Of a stretch of DNA of 64,000 nucleotides, positions 41,931-57,139 are shown piece after piece. The stretch's first letter is position 1. Every line of letters starts with the position of its first letter. The stretch is from Octopus sinensis (lineage: Eukaryota). Location: the NCBI RefSeq assembly GCF_006345805.1, contig NW_021833304.1, positions 1 through 64,000 of the forward strand. Reading direction: 5' to 3'. A program made the position numbers and the translations under genes. The notes under the pieces are model-generated. The model was not told the origin of the DNA. It made no database searches and was given only the letters and a program-made list of their open reading frames with translations.

Positions 41931-42040
41931 GTTTCTTTATTAGCCACACAGGGCTGCACACAGACAGGACAAATTACAAGGTAGAGCTTTTCTTTTGGGG
42001 ATGAGAAAGGGGGTTTGGTTTTCGATCAAAAGGGATCGTA
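41931..42040 (-). mobile_element. Extreme 3' end of the Tx1-type LINE (second copy)
   Basis: Reverse complement ...aagaaaagctctaccttgtaatttgtcctgtctgtgtgcagccctgtgtggctaataaagaaac matches 34740-34849. Confidence 0.8.
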
Positions 42041-42186
42041 ATATAGATAAGTAGACTGACAGATAGATTGGTTTATATTATTTTACGAACGGAATGAATA
42101 CGCAAACTGGCACACACACGTGCACGAACTTACACGCATCCACACACATACACACACTCATGCAACCGAAAATACATGTATATCTG

Positions 42187-42222
<36 letters not shown>

Positions 42223-42298
42223 TATAATTACTGTAGTTTTATATATAATATATATATACGCACACACATATATATAAAAATAAATATATGTGCATATA

Positions 42299-42372
<74 letters not shown>

Positions 42373-42398
42373 TATATATATATAGATATATATATATA

Positions 42399-42452
<54 letters not shown>

Positions 42453-42843
42453 TACATATATATATGTAAATAGAGAGAGACAAGGGGGAGAGAAAGACAG
42501 AGTGAGTGAGATACATACTCAATATTATTAAGGTGTGACGATATCAATTAATCTCTCATACTTTCTATACAATTCCCACCCAACCTATTTTGTTTATTTT
42601 TTGAAACTGTAATAACCATAATTTTACATCATGAAATCACCCTCATAATTGAATATCAAACATCCAACATGATTTACTTGTATTAGAATTATTAAGTTGT
42701 GCATATGTAATCGGATAGTTTTAGCCTTACACTTGATTTGTTCGTTTCCCGATCTATTGCAACAAATATGCCGGAAGATGTTTTACTTAAAGCTATATAA
42801 CACACACACACACATATATATACACACACACACATACACACAA

Positions 42844-42876
<33 letters not shown>

Positions 42877-43209
42877 CAGACACACACACACACACACACA
42901 ATACATATATGTATTTATGTGGGAATGTGTGCTTATATATACATATATATCTATATATGTGTGCGTGTGTGTGTGTGGTGTGGTGTGTGTGTTTGTGTGC
43001 GTGTGTACGCATATGTGTGTATAACTGAGAATATCACGTTGCTAAGTTTGCTTTAATTAAGGCATTTTTTTGCCTATGTAATCGTAATCCTCAGCTCTCA
43101 TCTCGACTTCCGGATAATCCAACATATGTGTCAAGGTCTCTATAGATTTTTTCCGATCGACCGCAATGTTTTCAGAGAGTGTAGTCTGCTTAGTGCACAG
43201 CGTTAGAAG

Positions 43210-43223
43210 ATAGATAGACAGAG

Positions 43224-43292
<69 letters not shown>

Positions 43293-43311
43293 TATAGATA
43301 GACAGACAGAC

Positions 43312-43405
<94 letters not shown>

Positions 43406-43410
43406 TTAAT
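43210..43410. repeat. (GATA)n microsatellite
   Basis: Direct read. Confidence 0.97.
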
Positions 43411-45489
43411 TAGGTACATAAACAGAGCGAGAGAAAGAGAGAGAGAAAGAAACAACATATAGATACAGTTGGCTCGGTTTTATGATTCTCATCCTTAATT
43501 GCGAAAGGAATGGGATTTCTTTTAATTAATATTCATTAGCAATCACAGAGCGAAGCAAAGCGTGCGTACAAACCACTCAATAATAATCTTAATACAATGT
43601 TATCACGCTACGCTGTTCATTTACATCACAGCGGTGTTAGCGGTATTCCTTTTGCTCGCTTCCATCTTCGACATTGGAAATACATTATTTCAAACTTTAG
43701 AACATGAACCCAGGATCACACGGAGTGTGTATGTGTGACAATGTTGTGGAAGTATTTCATTGGTCTTTAGTTCATCGATTCCAGACGGATGTAGTGTAAT
43801 TTTCACTCAACCAAGAAAAGAATTAGAACTCCGGCTATTTGTTCTTGCCAATCAGAGACCAAACAATATCAATCACATATCGATATCTTATACACACACA
43901 CACACGGCCCTCAAATCGGATGGAGCGTGCGGAATATATTAAACAAGCGAGCAATATAAGATCAATATATATTTTATTGATTCCTGGAAGCATGAAATGA
44001 AACGACGTTCGGCCACGGTGGGATTCGAAATCACACACAAAGATTATATATTTAAATATGGAAAAGCATTTCCCCCAGCCCTCGAAAGATATATGATATA
44101 TTAGCTTGTAATATACTGCTATAAAGTAAGGCAATAACCTGGCAGACCTGGAAAATACCGATAGATTTAATGGTTCCATAACCATCCAATATATCAGTCG
44201 TTCTAGATCTGTATCTGGAGTTGACCTTTGATATTATGGCACAAGGAAATGTATGTGATTCAGTACGTTATCCCCATGGCTGTATAACCCTAAGGCATCT
44301 CTGTAGTTCAATGGTCATTAAATATAGCCGCGTTTGTTTATGGTATCTCAATACTTGTCTGATTCTACGGCGCCGTCTCTCTCTCTTCCTTCTCTATCGA
44401 AGATATGCAATTTAAAAGCCGCATATTACTCTAGTTTTACGACCTCACATTATCTGTATTTCTGTGACCCTATACTGTCTCTCTGGTCCCAGACCCTATC
44501 GCATTTTTTCTTACTGTTCTTTGTCTTCGTGATATTCCGATATAGATACGGAAACCTATACGGAGAAAGATAATTTAAATATTATTTTAAAAGAAGTAAA
44601 CAATTTCCTAAACTAAACGAGAAAAAAGGTAAAGTAGATTACATTTCTTCAACATTTGATAAGATGATCGTCTCGATGCCCGTCTTTATTGATTTATTGG
44701 GGAATTTGAAATGTTCAGGTTCTTAGCAAAGAGGGTACTAATTTAATTGGCTTCGACGTACAATTATATCCGGTCGCAGACATGGCTCCCGGGAATTCCT
44801 GCATCATCTGTTTAAAACTTAAAGATGTCAAGGATGTTTAACTGACTTATTTTCTACACCGAGAGAGATACAAGAATGTTTTTACCAGTATATTTATCTT
44901 GAAACCAGATGATTTTGTTTCTGAAACTAGAAGATCAATTAGCTGATTTACTTTGTAAGCTAACACCTGATTAATTAGGATATCAAAATCCTCCTCATAA
45001 TCATCATTAATTAAACCTTTAATTTTGATTGATGTTCCTTCTTATCTTTCAAACGCGGAAGTTATCGATTATATTTGATAACAAAAAGCAAAACCCCATA
45101 TCAGTAAATAGAAAAAAAGTGTTTTGTCAACTCTATAACGATGTTAAAATGATGATTGCAGGAATGCGTGAAGCTTGTTGCTTTTATTTTCAATTTTTTA
45201 AGGTGAGAGATTTGGCTTATGTGTCTGGAATTAGCTTTAATTATACAACCTGCTTAATTTGGTGTATGTATGAAAATGTGTGTGCGCGTGCTTGTGTGTG
45301 TATGTATGTGTGTGTATATATGTGTATATGCGCATATATATGTATAAACATGTATATATACATACATATATATATGTATACATGTATATATATTAAAGAA
45401 AAAGAAAATGGAAATTGGGAAATCAATTGTTTATTTTTAACAACAAATCATTTTCGTTTTCGTTTTTTAGATTAATGTAACCCTGAGCA

Positions 45490-45695
45490 CCACCAGCAAA
45501 AATATTTTTTCCTCTGTCTTCCCTTCTTGGGATCTTTCCTTCTCCTTGTTTCCGACGAAGAGCTCCGCTCGAAACGTTAGACCCTCCTTCCCTTCTTCTG
45601 AGCGTCAATAATACTTTAATTGTTCCACGTCCTCGCGTTGCTGTTTTTTTTCTCTTTTTCTGTGTTTTCTTGTTTGGATTAACTATATATATATA
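45490..45695 (+). mobile_element. Penelope-like terminal fragment with hammerhead-like core (family P3)
   Basis: CCGACGA (45552-45558) a GAG ctccg CTC GAAA (45571-45574) CGTT, with palindrome AACGTT. Ends in ggattaac(TA)n. Confidence 0.5.
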
Positions 45696-45799
45696 TCTAC
45701 CTATTATTTTAAGGAAATCAATTCTCAGAAAATATTAGGTATTGAACCAGTAATTATTTGCATGATACCATATTTCATGAGGCTAACAAGTGCATGTGT

Positions 45800-45859
<60 letters not shown>

Positions 45860-46375
45860 TATATATATATGTATACATATATATACATATATATATTGTT
45901 GTTGTTGTTGTTCTGCACACGGACTCCACTAATGATAGCATTTGTTAAGGCTGTTCAATATCTTCAATCGATCAACAGACCGACTGATTAAACGGGTGCA
46001 TGAACGCATCTACAAGGCGCATCAGGAACAGCTCTAAGTCAAAGATGTACAAGCAAAGAAATATGTATATCAGATATATAATTCTCAGCTCATCTTCATT
46101 GCAATGTCTTTGTTATATGCTCTGTATGCTGTATGAAGTCCAATGAAGCGAATTCAGGATTCAGTTATTGAGTGAAGTGCCTTATTATTGTTTATCTTAA
46201 GTAATGCTGTACGATCCCTATTATTCAAGTGATTGGTCAAGTCTGGATTGCACCAATGTGCTAGGGTTACCCATTCTTATGTTTGATATATATATATATA
46301 TATATATTTATATACATATACATATATACATTTATACATATATATGTATATATATCAGCATATATATATATATCG

Positions 46376-46419
<44 letters not shown>

Positions 46420-46423
46420 ATAC

Positions 46424-46472
<49 letters not shown>

Positions 46473-46555
46473 ATATATATATGTATAAGTATTAATATAT
46501 ATATATATATACACATATATATATAATATATATTGTGTGTGTGTCTGTGCGCGTG

Positions 46556-47130
46556 TATTCGGTTATCCCATAAATAATGAGGTTCTTTTTTCAATTGCAA
46601 ATCGGGTCTTTTGAAATGAACTTAAAATCGGGGTGTGACGGGTTAAACTACCTGCATCAACTTGCTATAAAAGCAGGTAGTAATTTTGCTTTGTACTCAT
46701 TCTTAGTGCAAGTTTTGAAAAATGAACAGTTTTTTAACAGTTATTTTTTCAAACCTATAATCGAAGTGGCAAAGGAGCATATCTCGCATATTTTGTTTTA
46801 TGGGTTTAATAAAGGCAACAATGCAACGGAAAGTACGAGGAATACAATGCAGTGTCAACATTGGTTCCAGAAATTCCGAGCTGGAAACTACGACCTAGAA
46901 TACGAGCCTCGTCTCAGAACATATGTAGAGCTCGATGAGGTCATCCGGCAAACTCTGAAGAACAGTGGTGAATCTTCGATTAGCTTATTCCACCATTTAT
47001 CGATAACTGTCTGTCATCGGAAATGTCAGTATATTGGAGCAATGGGTTTGTCACAAACTTTCCGAGTCTAATCGCGCCCAGAGAATGAATGTATGCTCTT
47101 CTTTACTGTCACGTCTCACGAATAAATCTT
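46556..47130 (+). pseudogene. Decayed mariner-type (DD34D family) transposase, N-terminal half, with a probable left TIR
   Basis: EVAKEHISHILFYGFNKGNNATES...QCQHWFQKFRAGNYDLEYEPR (HTH region), then QWVCHKLSESNRAQRMNVCSSLLSR (WVPHEL motif) in another frame. Truncated before the catalytic triad. Starts tattcggttatcccataaataatg. Confidence 0.85.
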
Positions 47131-47735
47131 GACTGGGTACCATTGTTCTTGTTACCATTGTTTGAGAGTGGGTTAGTTCTGCTCCGGCTGAGCTAACGTT
47201 GCTTTTGAATCGTACATCAGTCCTCATGTAAAAGCTGTATCGCTATTACTGTTGAGTCATAATCCAGTACATCTCTACTCAACGAACTTTCCACCGTACG
47301 CCATATCTTCTTTCACACATAGACCTGCATACTCCAAAATGGTGGCTTACCTCATTTTAGAAACATAAATCGTGTATTTATGGAGATTTTACTTGCTATT
47401 TCTAACAAATTATGGATGTAACTGTATTCAGGTACGACTTTTAACAGTCTGAATTCAAATCGGGCTGATATTAGTTTTAAGTTTTATCTTTCCCAGATCG
47501 ATAAAATTTAGTACCACCCAAATATTAGGATCGATTTAAAATTCCTATAAAATATTCGGATATTTGAAAGGAAGTATAAAAGTCGAATATGATGTGGAGG
47601 AGGCATTCTTTGTCATGTGCACCGGCAGTGGACTCATATTTACGTCATCCGTTCCATCTAATTTATTTCGACTCACTGGGGATTTTGTATGTAAATACAT
47701 ACATACATACACACACACACACATACACACACACA

Positions 47736-47784
<49 letters not shown>

Positions 47785-47870
47785 TATATATATGTATATA
47801 TATATACATACATATCCATCCATATATATATATATATTATATATATATATATATACATACATATCCATCC

Positions 47871-47901
<31 letters not shown>

Positions 47902-47966
47902 CATACATATCCATCCATATATATATATATTTATACATATATATATATATATATTATATATATATA

Positions 47967-47997
<31 letters not shown>

Positions 47998-48600
47998 CAT
48001 ACATACATATGTGTCTGTGTCTGTGTTTGTGTGCGTGTTTGTGTGCGTGTCTATATATGCCTGTATGTATATGTATGTATAAATTATTGAAAGATGTTAA
48101 TTTCTTCTGTGACAATAACAATCTTATTTCAAGTGTTCCCATTGTTTCGGTGACGTTTTTATATATCCCACGAGGCGTTTGGAAATAATTGCATTTATTG
48201 TCAACTCTGCAGTACCAATATTACCATTACAAAAGAGTTCCATAAGGTAGCTTTATTTAAGACTGAATATATGACATTCCAATATATAAAATTTAGAAGC
48301 TTTCGAATAAAAACGGAAACAGCTATCGCTTGATTGTCGATCGAGGATATTTCTAATCCAGATTCTCTCTCCCCTCCATAATGATGTCGCATTTTAGCCC
48401 AAAGCCAGGGGTTTTCAAGGAAGTAACTGATCAAATGTACTCTAATATTTAACTGATACTTTATTTTGATGTTGGAAAGGCTGGAATTTGAACTGAAATG
48501 TCCATGGCTGGGAAGACTTGTATAACAGGTTGTTACCTTCTCAGAGAGAGTCAGAATAACACAGAAAGTAACAAGGTAGAATCTTTGAATAACTGTTGCT

Positions 48601-48737
48601 ACTCAGTTTTTGCCAGCTGAATGAATTGGAAGAACGTGAAGTAAAGGACCTTGCTCAAGGACACAGAACCCCGTCGATAATCGAACTCATCACCTTGCGA
48701 TCGTGACCCAAATGCCCCGATCCACTAAGCCACGCAC
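48601..48737 (-). mobile_element. SINE family C, 5' part
   Basis: Minus strand gtgcgtggcttagtgg...ggtcacgatcgc...gagttcgatt, followed by the shared central domain. Confidence 0.8.
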
Positions 48738-50351
48738 TTTCAGAATACAAATAACCGCAAAGTATTCTAGTTATGCGTTCGAACACCAAGAATTCCGCCT
48801 AAAACTGTCGTATTGGATATCTGAACATGAAAAGACATATTTTCTTTTGCTTAAGATCAAGAAATTATGTGCTGATTGCTAGTACTTCAACTGATGACAT
48901 AGTGTCACATGTACCTCTTCGATAGAGTCTCCTACTACACATACATAGGAAGTCCATGGGTGGGAACGGTAGACTCGAAACTCGATTATGTAGAGATAAA
49001 TTAACAGAAAATTAATTTAGACTCTAGCCTATAGATCGAAAGTGAGAGAATTGTGTGATTATATCAACCTACATTGTTTAATGCTATTATATATCATAGC
49101 CCCGGGATATATATATACAGTAAAGTAGAATTTAGCTGGATTCGATCCCAGAATGTAAAGTAAAATAATCATTAGCCTCCATAGTTACTGCAAGTGCTCT
49201 AATCTCGCATTCTTTTCATTACTGATTTTTGTCCAAGAGTATTTCAACTGGAATGAGTTCATACATAAGGAGTGTGATACTAATGAATTTTAATTTTTAA
49301 ACTGTTTGATTCGTTAAAAGCGTTCCTCTAAAAGCATCGGATCCAAACATCTAATGTAGTTCTTCAGAATTCTTAGATAAATTTTTATTGACGATGACGA
49401 AATGTTTATTAATTAATGATAGATTCAATCCAATTAACGATATATTTACAGAATGGAGTATAATGATATCAATTTAATGACGAGAATTTTAAATAAAATT
49501 TAATGCGTGCAGATTTAATATAATGATTCATAATTTTCAATAACTTGATTGCTTGTTTTCATAAGAAAAACGTGAACGCCTTACCACCTACTTCTGAATA
49601 AGTCTGTAGCTGTTGTCTAAGACTCAAGTGAATTATGTAGGCTTCCTTTTTCAACAGATACAAAGTTGGATTGATTGCAGAATGAAGGAAGAAATGAGTT
49701 GCTGTAACACACATATATTTTCGGGTATATTCATGGAGTTGATGAGGGAAATTGCATCTTGGAGTGAATGATCTAGTGTCACCGATTCTGTAGGTGCGCG
49801 CGCGAGTGTGCGTATGTGTGCGCACGCATCTGTGTGTTTATCATGTGCCTATCATGTCATTTCAAAAAAGAAAAAAATTACGAAATTATGTCTGCACAAT
49901 ATATAAAATAAAACAAAACAAATTAAGTAACCTCAAAGAAAATAATGAACTGTGGGTAACGGATGAAAGGGTCGCCCGCCGCTGGTTCGGCTGCAAAGTG
50001 TCAATGTATGAAGGAATACACTTCGCCTTCAATCGAAATAATTATTATTATTGCGGGTAAGAGTTCGGCAATTTTAAGGGGATTAAATCGATTACATCGA
50101 AGCCAGTACATGACTGGTATTTTAATTTATCGACCCCGGAAGGATAAAATGCACAACAAATATTATCGTGATTTGAACGCTCCCACTGAAATAATATCAA
50201 ACAAATATCTGATAACGCTGATCTAAGTGTGATGCCTACGTGACACATAACTACAGATAAACTCCACAAAAAGGAACAGTTTATATACATTTATAAATTG
50301 TTTTCGGATTTGGATTTGGATTCTTTATGTGAGTTCGTATGTTGAAGCATA

Positions 50352-50567
50352 TTCTGTTGGTTCTGGGGAAAGTCATTCTCTTTTTGTGCCTTGTGGTTTA
50401 ACACACTCACCGGTAAAATTTTCCCTATTTTTTTTTTATCATTCTAAAAGGTTGCAAGACACAACGAAAATTTTATGAAAATAAAAATAGAAATAAGTGG
50501 AAATATTACCGGTGACTGTGTTAAATTGTAAGGTACCATAAGAGAATGGCTCTCCCCAGACACAACA

Positions 50568-50570
<3 letters not shown>
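50352..50570. repeat. Foldback with imperfect arms of about 72 bp, ending at a (TA)n tract
   Basis: ttctgttggttctggggaaagtcattctc...aacacactcaccggtaaaattttcc (50352-50425) versus the reverse complement of 50499-50570. Confidence 0.8.
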
Positions 50571-50604
<34 letters not shown>

Positions 50605-51492
50605 ACAAATATTTCAGATAAAACGTTTTTACTTAAAATATCCTTTCTCTTCCTGTTTGTGATCAAGTTCTCTTCGAAAACTTTCTCCCTCGCGGCAAAC
50701 ATTTTACATTCCACTGTCTCAATTAAGCTATATCACCGTAATGATTAGAAATTAAATGAAGTCACGAAATTAAGATTTATCCGCAGCTTAAGTTTCGAAT
50801 CGCCAATTGAGAAAATATTAATATTTGAATTATTGTATTCACAAACACACAATAAAGTATATAACAAGATTCAAAACACTTTTGATCTGGCAAAATACAC
50901 GACAAGGGTTCACATTTAAAAAGAACAACTTAAATACAATAAAATATTTAAAATATTTTCAGTAATCCTAATGACTTTAATAAAATTTCAAATTTCAAAT
51001 TTGAAATAGGAGACATGTAATGGCCTGGAACGAGTTGCTAATTTAACAGACAGACTTAATTCATCATCAGGAATTTCATTTTCTTTTCGTTCAGTTTTTC
51101 TAATGGACGTGAAACGAAATGAATAATTTATCTCCCCATCCATGTCACTTAATATTAGATCGGTATTTCTCTTCATAAAAAAAAGTTCAAAGTAAAAAAT
51201 TGAGGATATTTCGAAATAGAAATGAGAAATATTTTATGATTGTCCCGTAGGTGAAGGATCATGTTCTGTAATGCCACCAGCTGAAATATCAATACAGAAA
51301 GGGCGACGGTGGTGTTGGTGGTGGGGTTAGCGGTAGAAAGAAAAGAAAGTGGGAATGATTAAACATTGATTTTGTATTGGTTAGAAAATGAAAATTGTCT
51401 TGAATAAATTATGCAAATGATTCTGCGGTTGGGCCTGAATATATGAAACATGAAGTAAATCAAATGTTTTTCGACGCATCTTTAGAATGAAA

Positions 51493-51536
<44 letters not shown>

Positions 51537-52323
51537 ACACAGGTTATCAAATGGAGAAATATGCTTGAAAAAATATTAATAACAATATCGATGTGTACGT
51601 GTCAGATGTATCAGTTATTGATTCAGCAGTTTGTTGACATATTGACATTCAACATGCATTGAATACACGCACACACACGCACGCACACACACACACACAT
51701 AGACACACATACACACACACACACAACACGAACATGCGCACATTCACGACATGCGCAGTACATACATGTATCTGTACACAAGTTAGGAAACTGAGATATT
51801 CTGGAAGGTTATCTTAAAGATACACATATTTCTTTTAATATATTCATACATTCAAGATACATATTTTCCGTTTATTTCTTTGCGATAGTCATTGGCCGTA
51901 GCCCCAACAAGTTATAAAATAGTCATAGAGTACTCTCAATGAATAATCAACTCCATTCCATTACGCTATAACATACACAGACATATGTATGTGTATGTTT
52001 ATATACATACATATATGCATATATATATATATATATATATTTCCCCACAACCGTTTGACAACCGGTGTTGGTGTGTTTCCGTACCTGTAATTTCGCGGTT
52101 TGGCGAAAGAGCCATCTTACCTGACTTTCTTACCTTTTACAGTTCGTAATGGACGCTTCCCAAGCCAATAATTCTCCTGCAGCTGAGCTAATTTCTCTAA
52201 ATATGAAGCAATTAATTTAACCAAATGCCAATCAACAACCAGCTAAGATTAATACTTATTTCTTGCAGCTGCTCACCTTGGTTTCTCCATTAAGAATCTA
52301 GAATCGATTCGCACTTCGGTTAA

Positions 52324-52640
52324 GTGTGCAGTTGGCTCAGTGGTTCGAGCGTCGAGCTTACGATCGTGAGATTGTGAATTAGATTCCTGGACCGGGTTGC
52401 GTGTTGTGTTCTTGAGCAAGGCACTTTATTTCACGTTGCTCCAGTTCACTCAGCTGTAGAAATGAGTTGCGACGTCACTGGTGCAAAGCTGTATCGACCC
52501 TTTTGCCTTTCCCTTGGATAACATCAATAGTGTTGAGAGGGGAAGCTGGTATACATGGACGACTGGTGGCCTTCCATAAAGAACCTTGCCCGGACATGTG
52601 CCTTTGAGGGTAACTTTCTAGGTGCAATCCCATGGTCATT
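52324..52640 (+). mobile_element. SINE family C variant with a different 3' tail
   Basis: TGGCTCAGTGG A box and central cttgagcaaggcactttatttcacgttgctccagt. The tail diverges from 19791-20111 after aaatgagttg. Confidence 0.8.
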
Positions 52641-53568
52641 TATAACAGAAGAGGGTCTCCTGTCCTCTATCCATAGGAGAAAGAGCAGTGTCCTTAGCGT
52701 TCTAACTACCTTTTCGTTTGGTGAGAAAAAGCAAAGATCTGACCTAAAGACATACAGCAGAGTGAATCCATGAATATATTCTAGGGTCACGGGGTGAATT
52801 TAAACCAGGACACAAAGTAGGTTTAATCTTACCCAGTGAACAGTCAGACGAAGGCTGAACATGTTGCCACAGTTCTCACTTCCAGAGTCATTGGAAAAAT
52901 GAAAATATATAACCTTGTTTTTTTGCGTTTCTTTCATTTCTTTATATACAAAATTTACAGGAATAAAAGAAGAGAAATTCACTTAAAACCTCTACACACG
53001 CCACTTTCTCACTCTCGTACCAATTACTGGAAAATACAACAAATCAACAACAACAACAACAGCAACAACAATAAAATAAGACTATGGCTATGTCATACAC
53101 AATTCAATCGATCTAGACTCAGCTTTAATTCAATAACCATAAGCTTTAACACGTTCTTACAAAAAAAATAAAGCTCTAATTTGACGATCAATATATTCTT
53201 GAAATAAAATTTAGTGAAAGCATTCTTCATGCCACACACTTTCATCTTTCATTCTCCCATTTCTCTTCTCTCTCCATATTGCTCCTTCTTCTCTCTCTCT
53301 CATTCTCTTACTCTCTGTTTCCCCCCATCTCTCTTATATATAATCTTATTGTAAGTTTCTATCTATTTCATTATCTCTGTATCCTATCCACCTCTCCATG
53401 TTTAAATACATTTTCTCTCCTTTCTTATTCTATATCTCTGGCTTTATCTTAGATTCCTCTGTAAGTCAAATTATATATTTCTCTGTTCCTGTCTGTATGT
53501 CAGGTTGTCCGTCCGTCAGACTGTCCATCTATGTGCGTGTCTGTCTGTCTACCCCCCTCTCTCTCTCT

Positions 53569-53675
<107 letters not shown>

Positions 53676-54359
53676 CGTCCGTCTTTGTATCCATACACAA
53701 CGGTAGAATGTTTATTTGCATTCTGCCATTCTAGTGTTCAAGGACCGCCAATTATTTGGACTTTGCAAATAAGCTTATTAATTTGAAGATCGACGAAAAT
53801 GCAGAAGAATAACAGAGTCTGCGAAGATACTACATTAGCCGCATTTTAGAACAAAACAGAAAGATATGGGGCCAACAACTTTTTGAGGGTCTTCGTTACT
53901 ATTTGCACGAAGATAGGAACTCATTCTTTGACTAGTGACCAGCTCTAAACGATAATAGAAGATCGGACACACACAAATAGCAATAATGAAGTCGCGGTCT
54001 TATAACAAACAGTTGATTGAGTCGGTCAGAAAACCACCCAGAGTGTAGAACAGATCCTTCCGCGGTTTTCTACACAATATCTTTTTATACCAATCCAATA
54101 ACAAATGCTTCAACCAACGCGAGGCAATGACGGAAAATATTCGCCCAATATAGAGAAGAGTGGATTTGAACATGAAGCCTCTTCAACCGTATTGCACATT
54201 ATCAAATGATTTGTTAGCTGACACTGCAGTTCTGAATTCGTGCTTTTCTGTAGGTTTGAACCATAAACGATATCTTACTCCAACATTTAATTCCATACGG
54301 CGTTGCTACTTCATACTGAAGTCTAAAATATAATGAAAGGCTTCTTGATTATCAAGCGA

Positions 54360-54360
54360 T

Positions 54361-54412
<52 letters not shown>

Positions 54413-54483
54413 TGATGATGATGATAATAATATTAATAATATTAATAATAATAATAATAATGATGATGATGATGATGATGATG

Positions 54484-54534
<51 letters not shown>

Positions 54535-54590
54535 GTAATAATAATAATAATAACAACATTATATATTCTTATAATAATGATGACTCTTTA
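54360..54590. repeat. (AAT)n/(GAT)n microsatellite
   Basis: Direct read. Confidence 0.97.
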
Positions 54591-55399
54591 AATCGCTAGA
54601 TTCATTATTGTCACTCAACATCTAATTCATTTAAGATGTCTACTTCCACACATTAGACAATAATCCCTCATTTAATATTTCGTATTCTATTATTTATCAC
54701 ATACTTAACATAACTGAAATCTTTTACATCGAAAGCTTTATTTACTTTTCCTCCTGTTCCGATAGAAAAAAAAGAATAAAGCGGAAACCTCACAATTTGC
54801 AAATGGAATTAAAGACGAAAACCACTCGGGAATTAAGGGACATTATTAATGAGGAATCTCGTACAATTGATTCTAAACACCCTGTAATTCTGCGACACGA
54901 GGATATTCAATAAAACTAATTTAATTATTAACACAATTTTGATTTTAAAAAAAGGGGATTACTTGAAGAATTAGCGAAATTACAATACTTAAATATCATC
55001 TTTGGACATTGTTGCGTTGTTTGTTTATTTTTGAGAGAATTCCATAAAGGGGGAGACATTCAAAGATTCTAAAAGACTAAGAATTATAGTTGGATCACTT
55101 GAGAATTTATACAAGATTCTGTGAAAGAAAAGATGTCTGTATTTTGGTTGGAATTAATAACGATTTCATCACATTTTTTTTATTTCCCATTATATTATTG
55201 TGTATGACGCTTATGTGAATCTAAGAACCGTATGTGGTTAAAAAGTCACATAGAGAATGGTTTGGGCTTCATTCTCATTGAGTGGTATTTTGGGCAGGTG
55301 GCTTCTGTTGGAGCTGCGAACCGACCACTGCCTTGTGGCTGAACTTGATATATATACGTACGCACACACACACGCATACACTCATATATAGTTGGAATT

Positions 55400-55560
55400 T
55401 ACAAAAGAATAAACAAAACAAAAGACGAAGGTTGGTGTGTAAACAATAGACAGATGTATTATTTTAATTCTCGCGAAGTGAGAAAGTCTTTTAGGTTTCG
55501 AGCCTACGCTCTTCAACAGAAAGGATCACAGAAATAAACAGAGAGAGAAAAATAAAAATA
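55400..55560 (-). mobile_element. Family P2 fragment, second copy
   Basis: Minus strand ttt CTGTTGA a GAGC gtag GCTC GAAA cc TA aaaga (55519-55487). Confidence 0.45.
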
Positions 55561-56209
55561 AATATATATATACACAGATACACACACACACACACAAACA
55601 CATATCTTTGTGCTTTTGTGTGTATGTGCGTATATTTGTGCCTGTGTCTGCCCCCAAACAATGCTTGGTGTGTTTACGTTCCCGTAAATTAGCGATTCAG
55701 CAAAAGGGACGGATATAATAATGTATGAGTCTTAAAAAAAGATATACTGCTGTCGATTCCTTCGACTAAAAGTCTTCATGGTGGTGTCCCAGCATGGCCG
55801 CAGTCTAATGCGTGCAACAAGTAAAAGATATCAGCTGATTAAACACTGCAGTGTGTTGTCGTTTGTGTCAAGACAACAGTTGCAATGCCTGGGGTGGAGT
55901 TGCTTCTACACAGTGATGATGCAGAGAAAGAGAGATGGAGAGAGAGAAGGGGAGAGAGACAGACATAGTGAGTGAGAGAGAGAGGTGGACGGGGGAGAGG
56001 GGTAGAATGAGCTTTAGATGGTAAGAAGATGAGAAGAAAAGCCAGAAATGTTTCAAGTGTGCAAATAGAAATGATAAGCAATTAAGTCGTGAGAGAAAGA
56101 AGAAAAACAACTTCGGAAATTGGATTAGATTAAGAAACGTTTCGTATGATATTTTCTCAATATACGTACGGCGCTGATGTGAAATGGGGAATGACGTCAT
56201 TCAGACAGA

Positions 56210-56500
56210 GGCTATGATGATGATAATGATGGTGACGACGATGATGATGACGACGATGATAATGACGATGATGATGATAATGATGATGATAATGACGATG
56301 ATGATGATAATGATGATGAGGATGACGATGATGATGAATATGATGATGAAGATGATGATGATGAGGAAGATGATGATGGATGATGATGATGAAGATGATG
56401 ATGGTGATGATAATTATGACGACGACGATGACGATGATAACTATCAATGACGGTAATGATGACGATGGTGATGGTGATGATGGTGATGATGATGATGGTT

Positions 56501-56532
<32 letters not shown>

Positions 56533-56640
56533 GATGACCACGACGACGATAATGACTATCAATGATGAGAATAACGACGATGAAGCTGGTAATGATGATG
56601 ATGATGATGATGATAATGACGATGTTGAGGAGGAGGAGGT
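56210..56640. repeat. Long degenerate (GAT)n tract
   Basis: Direct read; poly-Asp, poly-Met and poly-His pseudo-ORFs in several frames. Confidence 0.95.
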
Positions 56641-57139
56641 GGAGAATGAAGGTACGTCTTTTATTGTAATCACTACAGTGCTGGTAATGACGATTGTTCT
56701 GATGACAAGGTTGGTGATGGTCAAAAGGCAGGAGATTGATTCTACGAAAATCTAGAAAAACAAAAATTCTATTGTTTAGCATCAAAGAACGGTAGATGTC
56801 AAGAAACAATGGGCAAATTCGTTAAAGATACTAAATTCGGAAACGGCGGAGTGTGTATATGTGTGGTGGGGAGACGGGGTTATGATTTGTGATGGAAGAA
56901 AATGTTTTATTATATAAAAATGGCTTAAGTAGATGTTTCTTCTTTGTCAAAGAAACATTCTCTTTCAATTTCGACGTTTTAATATAGACGTTCTAGTAAA
57001 ACAACGAATTATGGCTTAGATAATGCTCGTCTGTAGAAATTGCTACATTTTATGTAGATAAATATGCATGGTAAGACACATGTATATGTAAGCGTGTGTA
57101 TATGTTTATATATATATTCTTTATAACATATATATATCT

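Noticed and set aside
43057-43200. Minus-strand peptide [42 protein letters not shown]
   Set aside because: The pyrimidine tract is supplied by a microsatellite, other frames look equally plausible, and no homology is recognised.
48891-48990. CTGATGA at 48891 as a hammerhead
   Set aside because: No helix II leading to a nearby GAAA and no palindrome or UH arrangement.
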